From: Sphingobacteriales bacterium
Lineage (GTDB): Bacteria; Bacteroidota; Bacteroidia; Sphingobacteriales; Sphingobacteriaceae
DNA length: 64,000 bases
Direction of reading: 5' to 3'
Assembly: GCA_040403555.1 (NCBI GenBank)
Contig: JBBAKN010000004.1
Coordinates: 173,495 to 237,494, forward strand
Made by a program: the position numbers and the translations under genes. Of the stretch, positions 51,801 through 61,800 are shown in pieces (position 1 is the first letter of the stretch; each line of letters begins with the position of its first letter). Below the pieces are notes generated by a model that had not been told where the DNA came from, did no database searches, and saw only the letters and a list, made by a program, of their open reading frames with translations.

Positions 51801-52474
51801 AAGGTACGCCCACTGGCATCGGTAATGGTGCCCGAAATCATAATTTCTAAGCGCTCTTCTTGGAGTTTTCCAGCTGCTTTTAATACATCTTCATATTTTT
51901 TGATGGCAAAAATGGCTGCTTTGGCGTTTAGCGTATCAAAAATAGTTTCAATTAATAAGGCATCAACACCGCCATCAACCAAGCCTCGTACTTGCTCGTA
52001 ATAGGCTTCTACCAAATCATCGAAAGTTACGGCCCGGTAGCTCGGGTCGTTTACATCGGGCGACATGGATGCGGTGCGGTTGGTAGGGCCAATGGCTCCG
52101 GCCACAAAACGGGGTTTGTTCGGATTTTGTTTGGTAAATACATCCGCAACTTCTCGGGCTATTTTGGCGCCTTCGAAACTCAACTCATATGCCAAGGGTT
52201 CCAACTGATAATCGGCTAGAGAAATACGTTGCGTGCTGAAGGTATTGGTTTCAATTATATCGGCACCGGCATTCAGGTATTCTGTATGAATGGCTTTTAC
52301 CACATCGGGACGAGTGATATTTAGCAAGTCGTTATTGCCTTGTAAATCGCAGGGGTGTTGGGCAAAGCGCTCACCGCGAAAATCGGCTTCGGTTAACTGA
52401 TAGCGTTGAATCATGGTGCCCATGGCGCCATCAATTACTAAAATACGTGAATGTAATTCTTCTCTTAAATTCAT
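48815..52474 (-). CDS. metH: Cobalamin-dependent methionine synthase
   Basis: ATG at 52474; the track's 29-codon 5' extension runs into the riboswitch. Contains the Hcy-binding domain (VIDGAMGT...[10 protein letters not shown]), a pterin-binding domain, the B12 motif [11 protein letters not shown], and the AdoMet activation domain. Confidence 0.96.
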   Translation of the reverse strand: MNLREELHSRILVIDGAMGTMIQRYQLTEADFRGERFAQHPCDLQGNNDLLNITRPDVVKAIHTEYLNAGADIIETNTFSTQRISLADYQLEPLAYELSFEGAKIAREVADVFTKQNPNKPRFVAGAIGPTNRTASMSPDVNDPSYRAVTFDDLVEAYYEQVRGLVDGGVDALLIETIFDTLNAKAAIFAIKKYEDVLKAAGKLQEERLEIMISGTITDASGRTLSGQRVEAFLHSLGHANLLSIGFNCALGAKEMRPHIQELSEKSACFISAYPNAGLPNEFGAYDEVPHQTAHLVEDFMAGGWVNIVGGCCGTTPEHIKCIAEKAQKYSPRIPSNPKPYLRLSGLEALNLTPETNFVNIGERTNITGSPKFSKLILSGDYEGALAVARQQVEGGAQIIDVNMDEGMLDSEAAMTKFLNLLASEPDIAKLPIMVDSSKWTVIENGLKCLQGKGIVNSISLKEGEENFKTQAKKIAQYGAAVVVMAFDEKGQADSLQRRIDICKRSYDILVNDVGFKAQDIIFDPNILTVATGLEEHNNYAVDFIEATRWIKQNLPLAKVSGGVSNISFSFRGNNIVREAMHSAFLYHAIKAGLDMGIVNAGMLEVYEEIPKDLLALVEDVLLNRRPDATERLVAFAENVKGAGKTIVKDEEWRKNPVAERLSHSLIKGIIDYLEEDVEEARQQYTKPLEVIEGPLMAGMNTVGDLFGAGKMFLPQVVKSARVMKKAVAYLQPYLEAEKTSARTTAGKILLATVKGDVHDIGKNIVGVVLACNNFEVVDLGVMVPTQEIIRRAKEENADIIGLSGLITPSLDEMVHVAKELEREGLTTPLLIGGATTSRIHTAVKIAPNYSGASVHVLDASRSVGVCSTLLNADKKDSYISELKADYAQSRETHLQKQLEKHYASLADSRARKPTINWEEYTPTKPAFLGTKVFDNFDLEELVPYIDWTPFFHTWELRGAYPRILSDEVVGVEATNLFADAQKLLKRIVAEKRFSAKGVIGFWEAHAQGDDVLLGDGTKLHFLRQQAEKPAGEPYYCLADFIAPQTSEKTDYIGAFAVSTGFGCDELAQEFEAQQDDYHSIMTKALADRLAEAFAEKMHELVRTQYWGYTPNEGLDKESLIKEKYQGIRPAPGYPACPDHSEKTTLFNLLQTQKNTGITLTESLAMYPTAAVSGYYFAHPQARYFGLGKITKEQVNDYAQRKNCSIEEAEKWLSPNLAY

Positions 52475-52517
52475 TTGTTTATTGGCTTGTAAAGAGAAGC
52501 GGTCTGTTAGACGTTTA

Positions 52518-52612
52518 CTTATCTGCTCCCATCGGGATAGAATGTAGCACCTTGTTAGCACAGGTTGCTAAGACTTCGCAGGGTCTAGTCCCTCCGTCTT
52601 TCTTTATAAGCA
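52518..52612 (-). promoter_or_regulatory. SAM-I (S-box) riboswitch in the metH-metF leader
   Basis: The minus strand reads CTTATAAAGAAAGACGGAGGGACTAGACCCTGCGAAGTCTTAGCAACCTGTGCTAACAAGGTGCTACATTCTATCCCGATGGGAGCAGATAAG. P1 is CTTAT/ATAAG. The conserved GAGGGA, GCAACC and GGTGC blocks and four-helix pairing are all present. Confidence 0.85.
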
Positions 52613-52615
52613 CTA

Positions 52616-52623
52616 CAAAAATG
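52616..52623 (-). promoter_or_regulatory. Candidate -7 promoter box (CAttTTTG, 7/8) driving the riboswitch-metH transcript
   Basis: It lies 3-4 nt upstream of riboswitch P1. A TTTG lies 20 nt further upstream. Confidence 0.3.
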
Positions 52624-52717
52624 CCATTTTTAGCCCGATAATCCAAAAAAAACGGAATATTATTTTGATTGATTGGCTAAATAAGAAGTTTGCAAAATTT
52701 AATTTGGCAAAAGAAGG

Positions 52718-53284
52718 TTAATTCAAACGTTTTGTAAGAAGTTCTTCTACTTTTTTAAACAACTGAATGGGCTTGAGGTTGCGCCAAGGGAGTTGATCTA
52801 ATTCTCCGCCAAAGTTGAGGTAATAATCGATGTTATTGCGTTTGAATTCATCTATGACATGTTCGCGAAAGTTGATGGCGGCTATCCAGCCATCTTCTAC
52901 TTCTTGGAACCATTCTTCGTAATAGCAATCGTCTGAAGAGTGGAAATTAAGTACGTTTTCGCCAATTAGAATGAATTTATTGAGGCCTTCGTCTATCATG
53001 AGGTCTAAAATTTCTCGTTTTAAAAACATGATATCGTTATGCAAGGCGTCGTTCCATTCGCCAATCAGTTCGATGATGACGTAGCCTCGATCGTAATCGG
53101 CAAATAATACTTTTAGATAGAGGGTTTGGGAGCCAAAAAAATCCCACTGTGGGTGGATGAGGTAATTGTATATCTGCTTATCGTAGGTAAATTCGCTATA
53201 CACCGTTGCGTAAAAAGGGGAACAGGGGTCTTCGGCGGCAATATAGTCGTCACGCCAGCGGTAATAGGGTTCTAATTCGTGCAT
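52718..53284 (-). CDS. Hypothetical protein, 188 aa, acidic and rich in aromatic residues; no family recognised
   Basis: An uninterrupted ORF starting 3 nt after the murQ stop on the same strand. I found no recognisable motif. Confidence 0.6.
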   Translation of the reverse strand: MHELEPYYRWRDDYIAAEDPCSPFYATVYSEFTYDKQIYNYLIHPQWDFFGSQTLYLKVLFADYDRGYVIIELIGEWNDALHNDIMFLKREILDLMIDEGLNKFILIGENVLNFHSSDDCYYEEWFQEVEDGWIAAINFREHVIDEFKRNNIDYYLNFGGELDQLPWRNLKPIQLFKKVEELLTKRLN

Positions 53285-53287
53285 GGC

Positions 53288-54106
53288 CTAACCGTTTTTT
53301 CTGAACCCATCACAGGCTTTGCGCACGTTACCAAATTCATCGAGCAATTGCTTGGCTTTTTCTTCACTTACGCCTAAATCTTGAACCACCATAGCAATGG
53401 CTCGGCCCACCAATTTATGGTTGCTAAGCTGCATATCTACCATTTTATTGCCTTTTACTCGGCCTAAGCGAATCATTACGGAGGTGCTAATCATGTTGAG
53501 TACGAGTTTTTGTGCGGTACCCGATTTCATGCGTGTAGATCCGGTTACAAACTCGGGGCCTACCACTACTTCAACCGGAAATTTTGCTTGGGCAGCTACC
53601 GGGCTACCGGCATTGCATACCACACAGCCGGTTAATAAGCCAGCCGTGTTGGCTTTCTGGAGTCCGCCAATAACATATGGGGTACGGCCCGAAGCCGCAA
53701 TGCCAATTAGCGTATCGTTGGTTTTTGGTTGGTAGGCAGCAAGGTCTTTCCAAGCTTGTTCGGCATCGTCTTCGGCAAATTCTACGGCTTTTCGTATGGC
53801 GCTATCGCCACCGGAAATAAGGCCAATTACCAAATCGAAGGGTACGCCATAAGTAGGCGGACATTCGGAGGCATCTACTATGCCTAAGCGGCCGCTAGTG
53901 CCTGCCCCAATGTAAAATAATCGTCCACCGGCTTGCATACGAGGCACAATGGCTTCTACCAAGGCTTCTATTTGTGGGATAGCCTTTTCTACCGCCAAGG
54001 GAACGGTTTTATCTTCCTGGTTCATGCCTCTCAACAAGTCGTGAGTAGACATTTTATCTAGGTTATCGAAATGTGAATCTTGTTCGGTGGTGTTTTTCAT
54101 TACCAA
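53288..54106 (-). CDS. murQ: N-acetylmuramic acid 6-phosphate etherase
   Basis: 272 aa. SIS domain with GAGTSGRLG...DASECPPT, GIAASGRTPY and GSTRMKSGTAQK. Confidence 0.9.
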   Translation of the reverse strand: MVMKNTTEQDSHFDNLDKMSTHDLLRGMNQEDKTVPLAVEKAIPQIEALVEAIVPRMQAGGRLFYIGAGTSGRLGIVDASECPPTYGVPFDLVIGLISGGDSAIRKAVEFAEDDAEQAWKDLAAYQPKTNDTLIGIAASGRTPYVIGGLQKANTAGLLTGCVVCNAGSPVAAQAKFPVEVVVGPEFVTGSTRMKSGTAQKLVLNMISTSVMIRLGRVKGNKMVDMQLSNHKLVGRAIAMVVQDLGVSEEKAKQLLDEFGNVRKACDGFRKNG

Positions 54107-54118
54107 AAGTTACACATT

Positions 54119-55420
54119 TTATTTCTGTCTGAAAAAGATTTGGATAGGCACGCCTTTAAAATCGAAGTTTTCTCTCAACTTGTTTTCGATGAATCGTTTG
54201 TAGGGTTCTTTAACGTATTGCGGTAAGTTGCAAAAGAAGGCAAACATGGGTGATGTAGCATTTATTTGCGTTACGTATTTTACCTTAATGTATTTTCCTT
54301 TGGTTGCCGGTGGCGGGTAATGCTCAATTAGGGGAAGCATTACATCGTTTAGTTTTGAGGTAGGAACTTTTTTAAGTTTGTTCTCGTATACTTTGGCTGC
54401 CCCTTCAATGGCTTTAAAAATACGCTGTTTCTCTACTACCGATGTGAAAATGATGGGCACATCGGTAAATGGAGAGATTTTTTCATAAATCTGCTCTTCA
54501 AATGCTTTGGTGGTTTTGTGATCTTTTTCAATCAAATCCCATTTGTTTACCAAAATTACAATGCCCTTTTTGTTTTTCTCAGCTAGGTGAAAAATGTTGA
54601 TGTCTTGCGATTCTATTCCTTCTACAGCATCAATCATCAATACAACTACATCGGCTTCTTCCAATGCTTTAATGGTTCGCATTACCGAGTAAAACTCAAT
54701 ATTCTCTTTTACTTTGGTTTTTTTACGCAATCCGGCGGTATCTATCAGCATAAACTCGTGGCCAAATTGGTTGTAGTGTATGTGAATAGAATCGCGGGTG
54801 GTGCCGGCAATTGGGGTTACAATATTGCGTTCTTTGCCAATTAAGGCGTTAATAAGCGATGATTTTCCTACGTTCGGGCGGCCAACAATGGCGTATTTAG
54901 GCAGGTTGTTTTCTGCTTCGGGTTCTTCTTCAAAATGGGTAATTACTTCGTCTAATAATTCGCCGGTTCCAGAACCAGTCATAGCCGAAATGAGGTATAT
55001 TTCGCCAAGGCCTAAGCTATAAAACACAGCGGCTTCGTTACGTAAATTGTTGTTATCTACTTTATTGGCAACTACGTATACCGGTTTTTTACTACGACGT
55101 AAAATATTGGCAATTTCATCATCCAAATCGGTTACACCGGTTACCACATCTACCATAAAAATAACCACGCTGGCTTCTTCAATGGCAATGGTAACTTGTT
55201 CGCGAATGGCTACTTCGAATACATCTTCAGAATGGGCTACATAACCACCGGTATCAATAACGGTAAAGTGGTTGCCCACCCATTCCGATACGCCGTAATG
55301 ACGATCACGGGTTACGCCACTCATATCGTCAACAATGGCCTTACGACTTTCTATTAAACGATTAAAAAGTGTTGATTTTCCCACATTTGGGCGTCCTACT
55401 ATGGCTACTATATTACTCAT
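54119..55420 (-). CDS. der: Ribosome biogenesis GTPase Der (EngA)
   Basis: Two tandem G-domains ([12 protein letters not shown] and [13 protein letters not shown]) plus a KH-like C-terminus. Confidence 0.95.
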   Translation of the reverse strand: MSNIVAIVGRPNVGKSTLFNRLIESRKAIVDDMSGVTRDRHYGVSEWVGNHFTVIDTGGYVAHSEDVFEVAIREQVTIAIEEASVVIFMVDVVTGVTDLDDEIANILRRSKKPVYVVANKVDNNNLRNEAAVFYSLGLGEIYLISAMTGSGTGELLDEVITHFEEEPEAENNLPKYAIVGRPNVGKSSLINALIGKERNIVTPIAGTTRDSIHIHYNQFGHEFMLIDTAGLRKKTKVKENIEFYSVMRTIKALEEADVVVLMIDAVEGIESQDINIFHLAEKNKKGIVILVNKWDLIEKDHKTTKAFEEQIYEKISPFTDVPIIFTSVVEKQRIFKAIEGAAKVYENKLKKVPTSKLNDVMLPLIEHYPPPATKGKYIKVKYVTQINATSPMFAFFCNLPQYVKEPYKRFIENKLRENFDFKGVPIQIFFRQK

Positions 55421-55431
55421 GTTTCTTGGTC

Positions 55432-56310
55432 TTAATTCTCGTATCCGAAGCTTTTTAGGTAATTTTTTCGGTTACGCCAATCGGCAATCACTTTCACAAA
55501 AATCTCCAAAAATACCTTTTTGCTTAAAAATACTTCAATATCTTGGCGGGCATAGGTGCCTACCTTTTTAATCATTTCGCCGCCTTTACCTATTATAATA
55601 TTCTTTTGCGAATCACGCTCTACCACTACTTCGGCACTAATGCGGGTTAATTTTCCTTCTTCTTTAAAGGCGGTAATTAATACTTCGGTGCTGTATGGAA
55701 TCTCTTTGTCGTAGAGTTTAAATATCTTCTCACGAATAATCTCCGAAACAAAAAAGCGCTCGGTACGGTCGGTTAGTGTGTCTTTATCATAATAGGGCGG
55801 GTGTTCGGGCAGTTTATCGTGAATAAATTGCAATACTGCGGGTATATTATGGTCGTGTAAGGCCGAAACCGCAAAAATGGCCTCGGGATTCAATAAATCT
55901 TTCCAATGCTCAATCTTCGCCATTACCTTCTCTTCGTCCGATTTATCAATTTTATTAATGATGACCGCTACCGGCGATTTTGTTTTTTGCAAACGTTCCA
56001 GTACATCGTTCTCATCATACCGTTCGTTAATGTCGGTTACAAACAAAATCAGGTCGGCATCTACCACCGAACCATTCACCACACTCATCATAGATTCTTG
56101 CAATCCATAATGCGGTTTTATGACGCCCGGAGTGTCTGAAAAAATAATTTGCAGGTCGGGTTCGTTCACAATTCCTAAAATCCGGTGCCTAGTGGTTTGG
56201 GCCTTCGAGGTAACGATGGACATCTTTTCGCCCACTAGGGCGTTCATGAGGGTAGATTTCCCCGCATTCGGTTTCCCGACGAGACTCACAAAACCGGCTT
56301 TATGCGACAT
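55432..56310 (-). CDS. era: GTPase Era
   Basis: ATG at 56310; the track's 31-codon extension covers the upstream palindrome. Contains [18 protein letters not shown] and NKID, and a C-terminal KH domain. Confidence 0.95.
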   Translation of the reverse strand: MSHKAGFVSLVGKPNAGKSTLMNALVGEKMSIVTSKAQTTRHRILGIVNEPDLQIIFSDTPGVIKPHYGLQESMMSVVNGSVVDADLILFVTDINERYDENDVLERLQKTKSPVAVIINKIDKSDEEKVMAKIEHWKDLLNPEAIFAVSALHDHNIPAVLQFIHDKLPEHPPYYDKDTLTDRTERFFVSEIIREKIFKLYDKEIPYSTEVLITAFKEEGKLTRISAEVVVERDSQKNIIIGKGGEMIKKVGTYARQDIEVFLSKKVFLEIFVKVIADWRNRKNYLKSFGYEN

Positions 56311-56331
56311 GGAATTTATTTTGAAAAAGAT

Positions 56332-56370
56332 TTGGACTGCAAAGAAACGAAATATATCTTTGCAGTCCAA
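56332..56370. repeat. Perfect 14-bp inverted repeat (11-nt spacer) between era and tRNA-fMet
   Basis: ttggactgcaaaga (56332-45) pairs with tctttgcagtccaa (56357-70). On the minus strand it is followed by atcttttt and then, 21 nt on, the era ATG. Confidence 0.7.
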
Positions 56371-56423
56371 TTTAAAACAGAGGCAAGGCGATCTTTCCGG
56401 CATTTAAATTGACCAAAAGATAG

Positions 56424-56499
<76 letters not shown>

Positions 56500-56537
56500 A
56501 AACGTTAGAAGTACCTGAGGCACCGAAAACGATTTAT

Positions 56538-56609
56538 GGCCCGTTCGTCTAGGGGTTAGGACGCCAGGTTTTCATCCTGGAAACAGGGGTTCGATTCCCC
56601 TACGGGCTA
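56538..56609 (+). tRNA. tRNA-Glu (anticodon UUC), CCA not encoded
   Basis: GGCCCGTTCGTCTAGGGGTTAGGACGCCAGGTTTTCATCCTGGAAACAGGGGTTCGATTCCCCTACGGGCTA folds as a cloverleaf. The anticodon loop is TTTTCAT. Confidence 0.9.
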
Positions 56610-56618
56610 CAGAAATTA

Positions 56619-56656
56619 AAAAAACCCATTTCTAATATTAGAAATGGGTTTTTCTT
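56619..56656 (+). terminator. Intrinsic terminator after the tRNA pair
   Basis: A 12-bp stem, acccatttctaa (56624-35) with ttagaaatgggt (56638-49), followed by ttttc. Confidence 0.85.
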
Positions 56657-56774
56657 TTAGGGTCTTCTCCCAGATTAATTTCGGTCCATTTTGATTTATG
56701 TAATTAATAAATTATTTCCAAAATTGTTTTCCCTGTAAAGTAATTGTTTTATATTTAGAAAATTACATCCAAAA

Positions 56775-57203
56775 ATGTGTAGTTTTATTAAACTTAAAAA
56801 AACTAATCTGAAACAATTTACTCTCATGTTACTTTCAGCAATAATAATGTTGAGCTGTAATAATCCAAAAGATTCCATTAATCCGGCAATAGGGACCCCT
56901 ATTAAAGTTGGCGGTTTAGAAGTTGCTCAAAATGACCTCTCAGAAAAAATGACAGGAAAAGATGCTAAAAAGATCTGTAATGAATTAGGTGACGATTGGA
57001 GATTACCTACAAAAGAAGAATTAAATATACTTTACACCAATAAAGATAAAATTGGAGGTTTTGTATATGGTAATTATTGGAGTTCTACAGAAAATACACC
57101 AAATACTATGTGGGTTCAAAACTTTGGGGATGGTAGTGGTATTGATGGAGCCCAAGATATGCCCTCTTTTTCGGTTAGGGTTGTACGTTCTCCCAAAAAT
57201 TGA
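56775..57203 (+). CDS. DUF1566 (Lcl C-terminal-like) lipoprotein
   Basis: Lipobox IIMLSCNN. Contains DDWRLPTKEELNILY and NYWSSTE, both typical of DUF1566. An alternative start is Met18. Confidence 0.7.
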   Translation: MCSFIKLKKTNLKQFTLMLLSAIIMLSCNNPKDSINPAIGTPIKVGGLEVAQNDLSEKMTGKDAKKICNELGDDWRLPTKEELNILYTNKDKIGGFVYGNYWSSTENTPNTMWVQNFGDGSGIDGAQDMPSFSVRVVRSPKN

Positions 57204-57284
57204 TTTACACGAATAAGGTTATTTGGAATTAGTGGTAAAAGGAATTTATATAAGATAAAAACTTAATACTAATATAGAAATTAG

Positions 57285-57318
57285 AAAAACCCTCACCAAA
57301 TTCGGTGAGGGTTTTTTG
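57285..57318 (+). terminator. Intrinsic terminator after the DUF1566 gene
   Basis: Stem accctcacc (57289-97) pairs with ggtgagggt (57304-12), followed by ttttt. Confidence 0.85.
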
Positions 57319-57325
57319 ATTTCAC

Positions 57326-57333
57326 TATATTTG
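57326..57333 (+). promoter_or_regulatory. Candidate -7 promoter box (TAtaTTTG) for the FG-GAP gene
   Basis: Exact TAnnTTTG match, 40 nt upstream of the ATG at 57374. Confidence 0.35.
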
Positions 57334-57373
57334 AGTTTATTCAATTCTCAGGTTTATGTAGAATCACATTTTT

Positions 57374-58774
57374 ATGTATAAGAAAAGAATTTTTCAATTT
57401 ATTTTTCTCGTTGTACTTTGGGGGTGCAAGAAAAGTGAAAGCACGTCTATTTCCCCTATGCCAATCACACCTCCCATTTCTCCTACTATCAAAACTGGTG
57501 TAAATATGGATACCACATGGTTTAATAAAAAATATACCAATTATCAGTTAGTGACTCATAGATGGTACGGATATGGTGATTTCAATAAGGATGGATATAA
57601 AGACATGGTAATCATGTTTGCTGGTAAGGGTACGGAGGAATATCTCTTTCAACAAAACAGCACCGACAGAAGAGTAGTGGGTGTTTTTTTGAATCACAAA
57701 ACATATTTTCAGTTGGATACCAACTTAGTATATGACTATTTAGGCGGTTATAATGGCGTAAATGTTGCCGATATTAATAATGATGGATATTTAGATATTT
57801 ATCAAATGACGGGAATGTGGGAGGGAACCTCTAAGCCCAAGCCATCCTATTATAATAATAATGGGAATGGGGGAATGGATAGTTATGTTTTTATGAACAA
57901 TGCAAATAAAGGATTCACTAAATATACAATACCCATTGAAGATAATCCACCTGTTTGCACATCCGTTTTTGCTGATGCGGATAGAGATGGATTAATCGAG
58001 ATTTACCAGCAGAGTCTGAACTATTTTTATGAGTATAATGGAAATGGGTTCACCAAAAATGTCCTAAATTTAATTAACACATTTAATGGTCAAATTTATA
58101 ATTTACGCGTAGTCACCCCAAAGTACGTTGATAATAATAAGCATGACGTATATTTTATTTCATCTGATAATTTCACCGACGATTTTTTCATCATGAAAGT
58201 AGAAGGAAATAATTTGGTTCCTAAAATTAAATATACCGTTCCTCATACACGTTCGGGGCACACTGATGGGACTAATGGGGAAAGGGAAGAGATGTATGCA
58301 ATAGATTTGGACAATGATGGGAAAAAAGAGTACATCATTCCCAGCCAAATATTCGAAACCACCACCACTCCAAACATCCCATATTTATTGATTGTGAATG
58401 ACCAAGGTGTAGACGTAACAGCTGATTTCATGGACCCTTCTATTAATACTAAGTTGACTTATGAACAATTTAATGGAGGGCTTAGAAATATTACCGGTTT
58501 GATTTACCACACTTTTGCAGATATAGATGGTGATGGTGTTAAGGAGATATTTCCTGCCTGCGGTTTAGGTTATTTAAAAGATGGTAATTCTTATTATTAT
58601 AAATTTTTAAATGGCAAATTTGTTTTAAGATTTTATCATTTAGGATGGTTTGGAAATTTGAATACTACGGATAAAAACACCAATTATTGGATATTCCCCG
58701 ATGAAAAAAATGGAGTTAATTTGATTATTCCTGTTGAAGGAAATTTAGGCAAATCTTATTTAAGGTCCTTCTAA
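57374..58774 (+). CDS. FG-GAP/VCBS-repeat lipoprotein
   Basis: Lipobox VLWGCKK. Five Ca-binding-like DxDxDG repeats: DFNKDGYKD, DINNDGYLD, DADRDGLIE, DLDNDGKKE and DIDGDGVKE. Confidence 0.7.
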   Translation: MYKKRIFQFIFLVVLWGCKKSESTSISPMPITPPISPTIKTGVNMDTTWFNKKYTNYQLVTHRWYGYGDFNKDGYKDMVIMFAGKGTEEYLFQQNSTDRRVVGVFLNHKTYFQLDTNLVYDYLGGYNGVNVADINNDGYLDIYQMTGMWEGTSKPKPSYYNNNGNGGMDSYVFMNNANKGFTKYTIPIEDNPPVCTSVFADADRDGLIEIYQQSLNYFYEYNGNGFTKNVLNLINTFNGQIYNLRVVTPKYVDNNKHDVYFISSDNFTDDFFIMKVEGNNLVPKIKYTVPHTRSGHTDGTNGEREEMYAIDLDNDGKKEYIIPSQIFETTTTPNIPYLLIVNDQGVDVTADFMDPSINTKLTYEQFNGGLRNITGLIYHTFADIDGDGVKEIFPACGLGYLKDGNSYYYKFLNGKFVLRFYHLGWFGNLNTTDKNTNYWIFPDEKNGVNLIIPVEGNLGKSYLRSF

Positions 58775-58861
58775 AGGAGTACCGTTCAATTTAAAACCTT
58801 TTATATTTCTCACCCTATTTTTTTACCTTGCTTTCTTAATTACCACTAATTATTCGAAGCA

Positions 58862-61800
58862 ATGATTCTTCAGTTTAAAAAACTACCCATTTTTACCCTT
58901 CTTCTTTTCACTTGTTTAACCGCAACGGCCCAAACAAAAACCAATATTGATGAGGGTTGGAAATTCCATTTCGGCTATGCTGCTGATCCAGCAAAAGATT
59001 TCAATTATGGCACTGCAGCTATTTTCTCCAAATCGGGCAAAACAGATCAGACCGCTTTGGCAGCCAATTTTGATGATACCGCTTGGCGAACGCTCAACTT
59101 ACCCCACGATTGGGCTGTAGAATTGCCATTTAGCAATTCGCCTAATTTCGATGTGCAATCGCATGGCTACAAGCCGGTAGGAGGCCTGTATCCCGAAACG
59201 AGCATTGGCTGGTACCGCAAGCATATATCTATTGCCCAAGCCGATTCGGGCAGTCGCATCAGTTTGCAGTTTGATGGAATTTTTAGAAATGCCAGTATTT
59301 GGCTAAATGGTTTTTATCTCGGAACCAACCAAAGTGGTTATGTAGGCCAAACCTATGATGTAACCGATTATGTAAATTTTGGGAAAGACAATATCATAAC
59401 CGTACGGGTTGATGCCACGCAATACGAAGGCTGGTTTTACGAAGGTGCCGGCATTTACCGCCACGTATGGTTAAAAAAATCTAACAACCTACATTTGGCA
59501 CAAGACGGTGTATTTGTGCATGCGGAAGTGAAAGAAAAGCAAGCCAGGGTGTTTGTAGACGCCACCATTAAAAATGGACAGCTAAGCGATGCTTCGGCTA
59601 CACTTTATTCATACCTTACTAACCGAAGCGGCAAGGTTTTAGCCCAAACCGAGCCCCAAGCCATTCGACTTTCACGAAATGGAAGCACAAGCGTTAAACA
59701 ACAATTCACCCTTGATAACCCCCGATTGTGGTCTTTAGACGATCCGTATTTATACCGGGTTGTTACGGTAATTAAACAAGGGAAGCTGGTTGTAGATTCG
59801 CTGAAACAACGCATAGGAATTCGTACACTACGTTTTGATGGTAAGGAAGGTTTCTTTTTAAATGGGAAACATGTAAAAATTCAAGGTGTAAACAATCACC
59901 AAGATCATGCAGGAGTAGGAAGTGCGGTGCCCGATTATCTTCAATATTATCGCATTCAATTACTGAAAGATATGGGTGCAAATGCCTATAGAACAAGTCA
60001 TAACGCACCTACACCCGAATTGTTAGATGCCTGCGACAGCTTGGGGATGTTGGTTTTAGACGAACAACGTTTGCTGAACAGCAGTCCCGAATACCTCGAT
60101 CAGTTTGAACGCCTTATTAAACGTGATCGCAACCACCCCTCTGTATTTTTATGGTCTATTGGCAACGAAGAAGGGTGGATACAAGCCAACAGCGTGGGCA
60201 AACGCATTGCGCAAACCTTATTGGCCAAACAGCAGGAGTTGGACCCTTCACGTACCAGTACCTATGCAGCCGATATGGGCAATGTGTTTACCGGAGTAAA
60301 TGAAGTTATTCCGGTTCGTGGTTTTAATTACCGTCAATTTGCGGTAGCTGATTACCATAAAGATCATCCCAACCAACCAATTATTGGTACCGAAATGGGC
60401 AGTACGGTTACTACCCGAGGTCAGTATGCCTTAGATTCGCTAAAAGCTTACGTACCCGACCAAGATATTACGGCACCTTGGTGGGCCAGCCGTGCCGAAA
60501 CCTGGTGGAAATTAGCCGCTGAGAACGCATATTGGGCAGGCGGCTTTATATGGACTGGCTTTGATTATAGAGGCGAACCTACACCCTTTAAATGGCCAAA
60601 CATCAATTCACATTTTGGGGTAATGGATATGTGTGGCTTCCCCAAAAATATTTACTACTACTACCAAAGTTGGTGGACCGATAAAGATGTTTTGCACATT
60701 TCGCCCCATTGGAATTGGCCCGATAAAGTTGGCCAACCGATTGATGTATGGGTAAACTCCAACGCCGATGATGTAGAATTATTTTTAAACGGAAAAAGTT
60801 TAGGAAAAAAAACAATGCCTCGTAACGAGCATTTGCAATGGTCGGTGGTGTACGAACCGGGTACCTTAGAGGCCATTGCCTACAAAAAAGGAAAGCGTTT
60901 AACTAGTAAAGTAGAAACAACCGGCCCAGCCGTGGAAGTAGTACTTACGCCATATAAAACTACCCTAATTGCCGATGGACAAGATGTTGCCGTAATGAAT
61001 ATTACCGCGGTAGACAAAGAAGGTAGAGAAGTACCAACAGCGAATCAATTGATCAAATTTTCTTTAAAGGGCGATGCCAAAATTATTGGTGTGGGCAATG
61101 GAGATCCGAGTAGTCATGAAGCCGATAAATGTGCCGATGGCGCTTGGCAACGTAGCTTGTTTAATGGCAAATGCCAAGTACTGGTGCAAGCCGGCAAAAC
61201 TGTAGGCAGCATTCAGTTTGAAGCCAGTGCTGAGGGTCTTTGGAAAGGGTCTACCGATATTATAACGGTATCTACAAGCAGTGTAGCCACAATTACTTCG
61301 GATAAAAAATACGAGCTTTCTGGTGAAGCTGCTAAACCACGACAAGCCACCCAAATGTTGGGAGCCGACATCTCTTTTTTACCAGAGCTAGAAGCCAAGG
61401 GCATTAAATTTTCGGATAAGGGCGTAGAAAAAGACCCCATCTTGATCATGAAGGAACATGGATTGAATTATGTTCGTTTGCGCATTTTTAACGATCCCGC
61501 CAATGCAGAGGGTTACTCTCCCGGAATTGGTTTTTGTGATTTGGCCCATACCAAGGCCATGGCCAAACGTGTTAAAGCGGCCGGAATGAAATTGCTTTTA
61601 GATTTTCATTACAGCGATTATTGGGCCGATCCTGGTAAACAATTTAAACCTGCTGCCTGGGAGAATTTAAATCCTGAAGAATTAAAGCAAGCGCTATATG
61701 AGTATACGAAAAAAGTGATACAAGAATTGAAAGACCAAGGCACCACCCCCGATATGGTACAAATTGGAAATGAAATTAACCACGGAATAGTATGGCCCGA

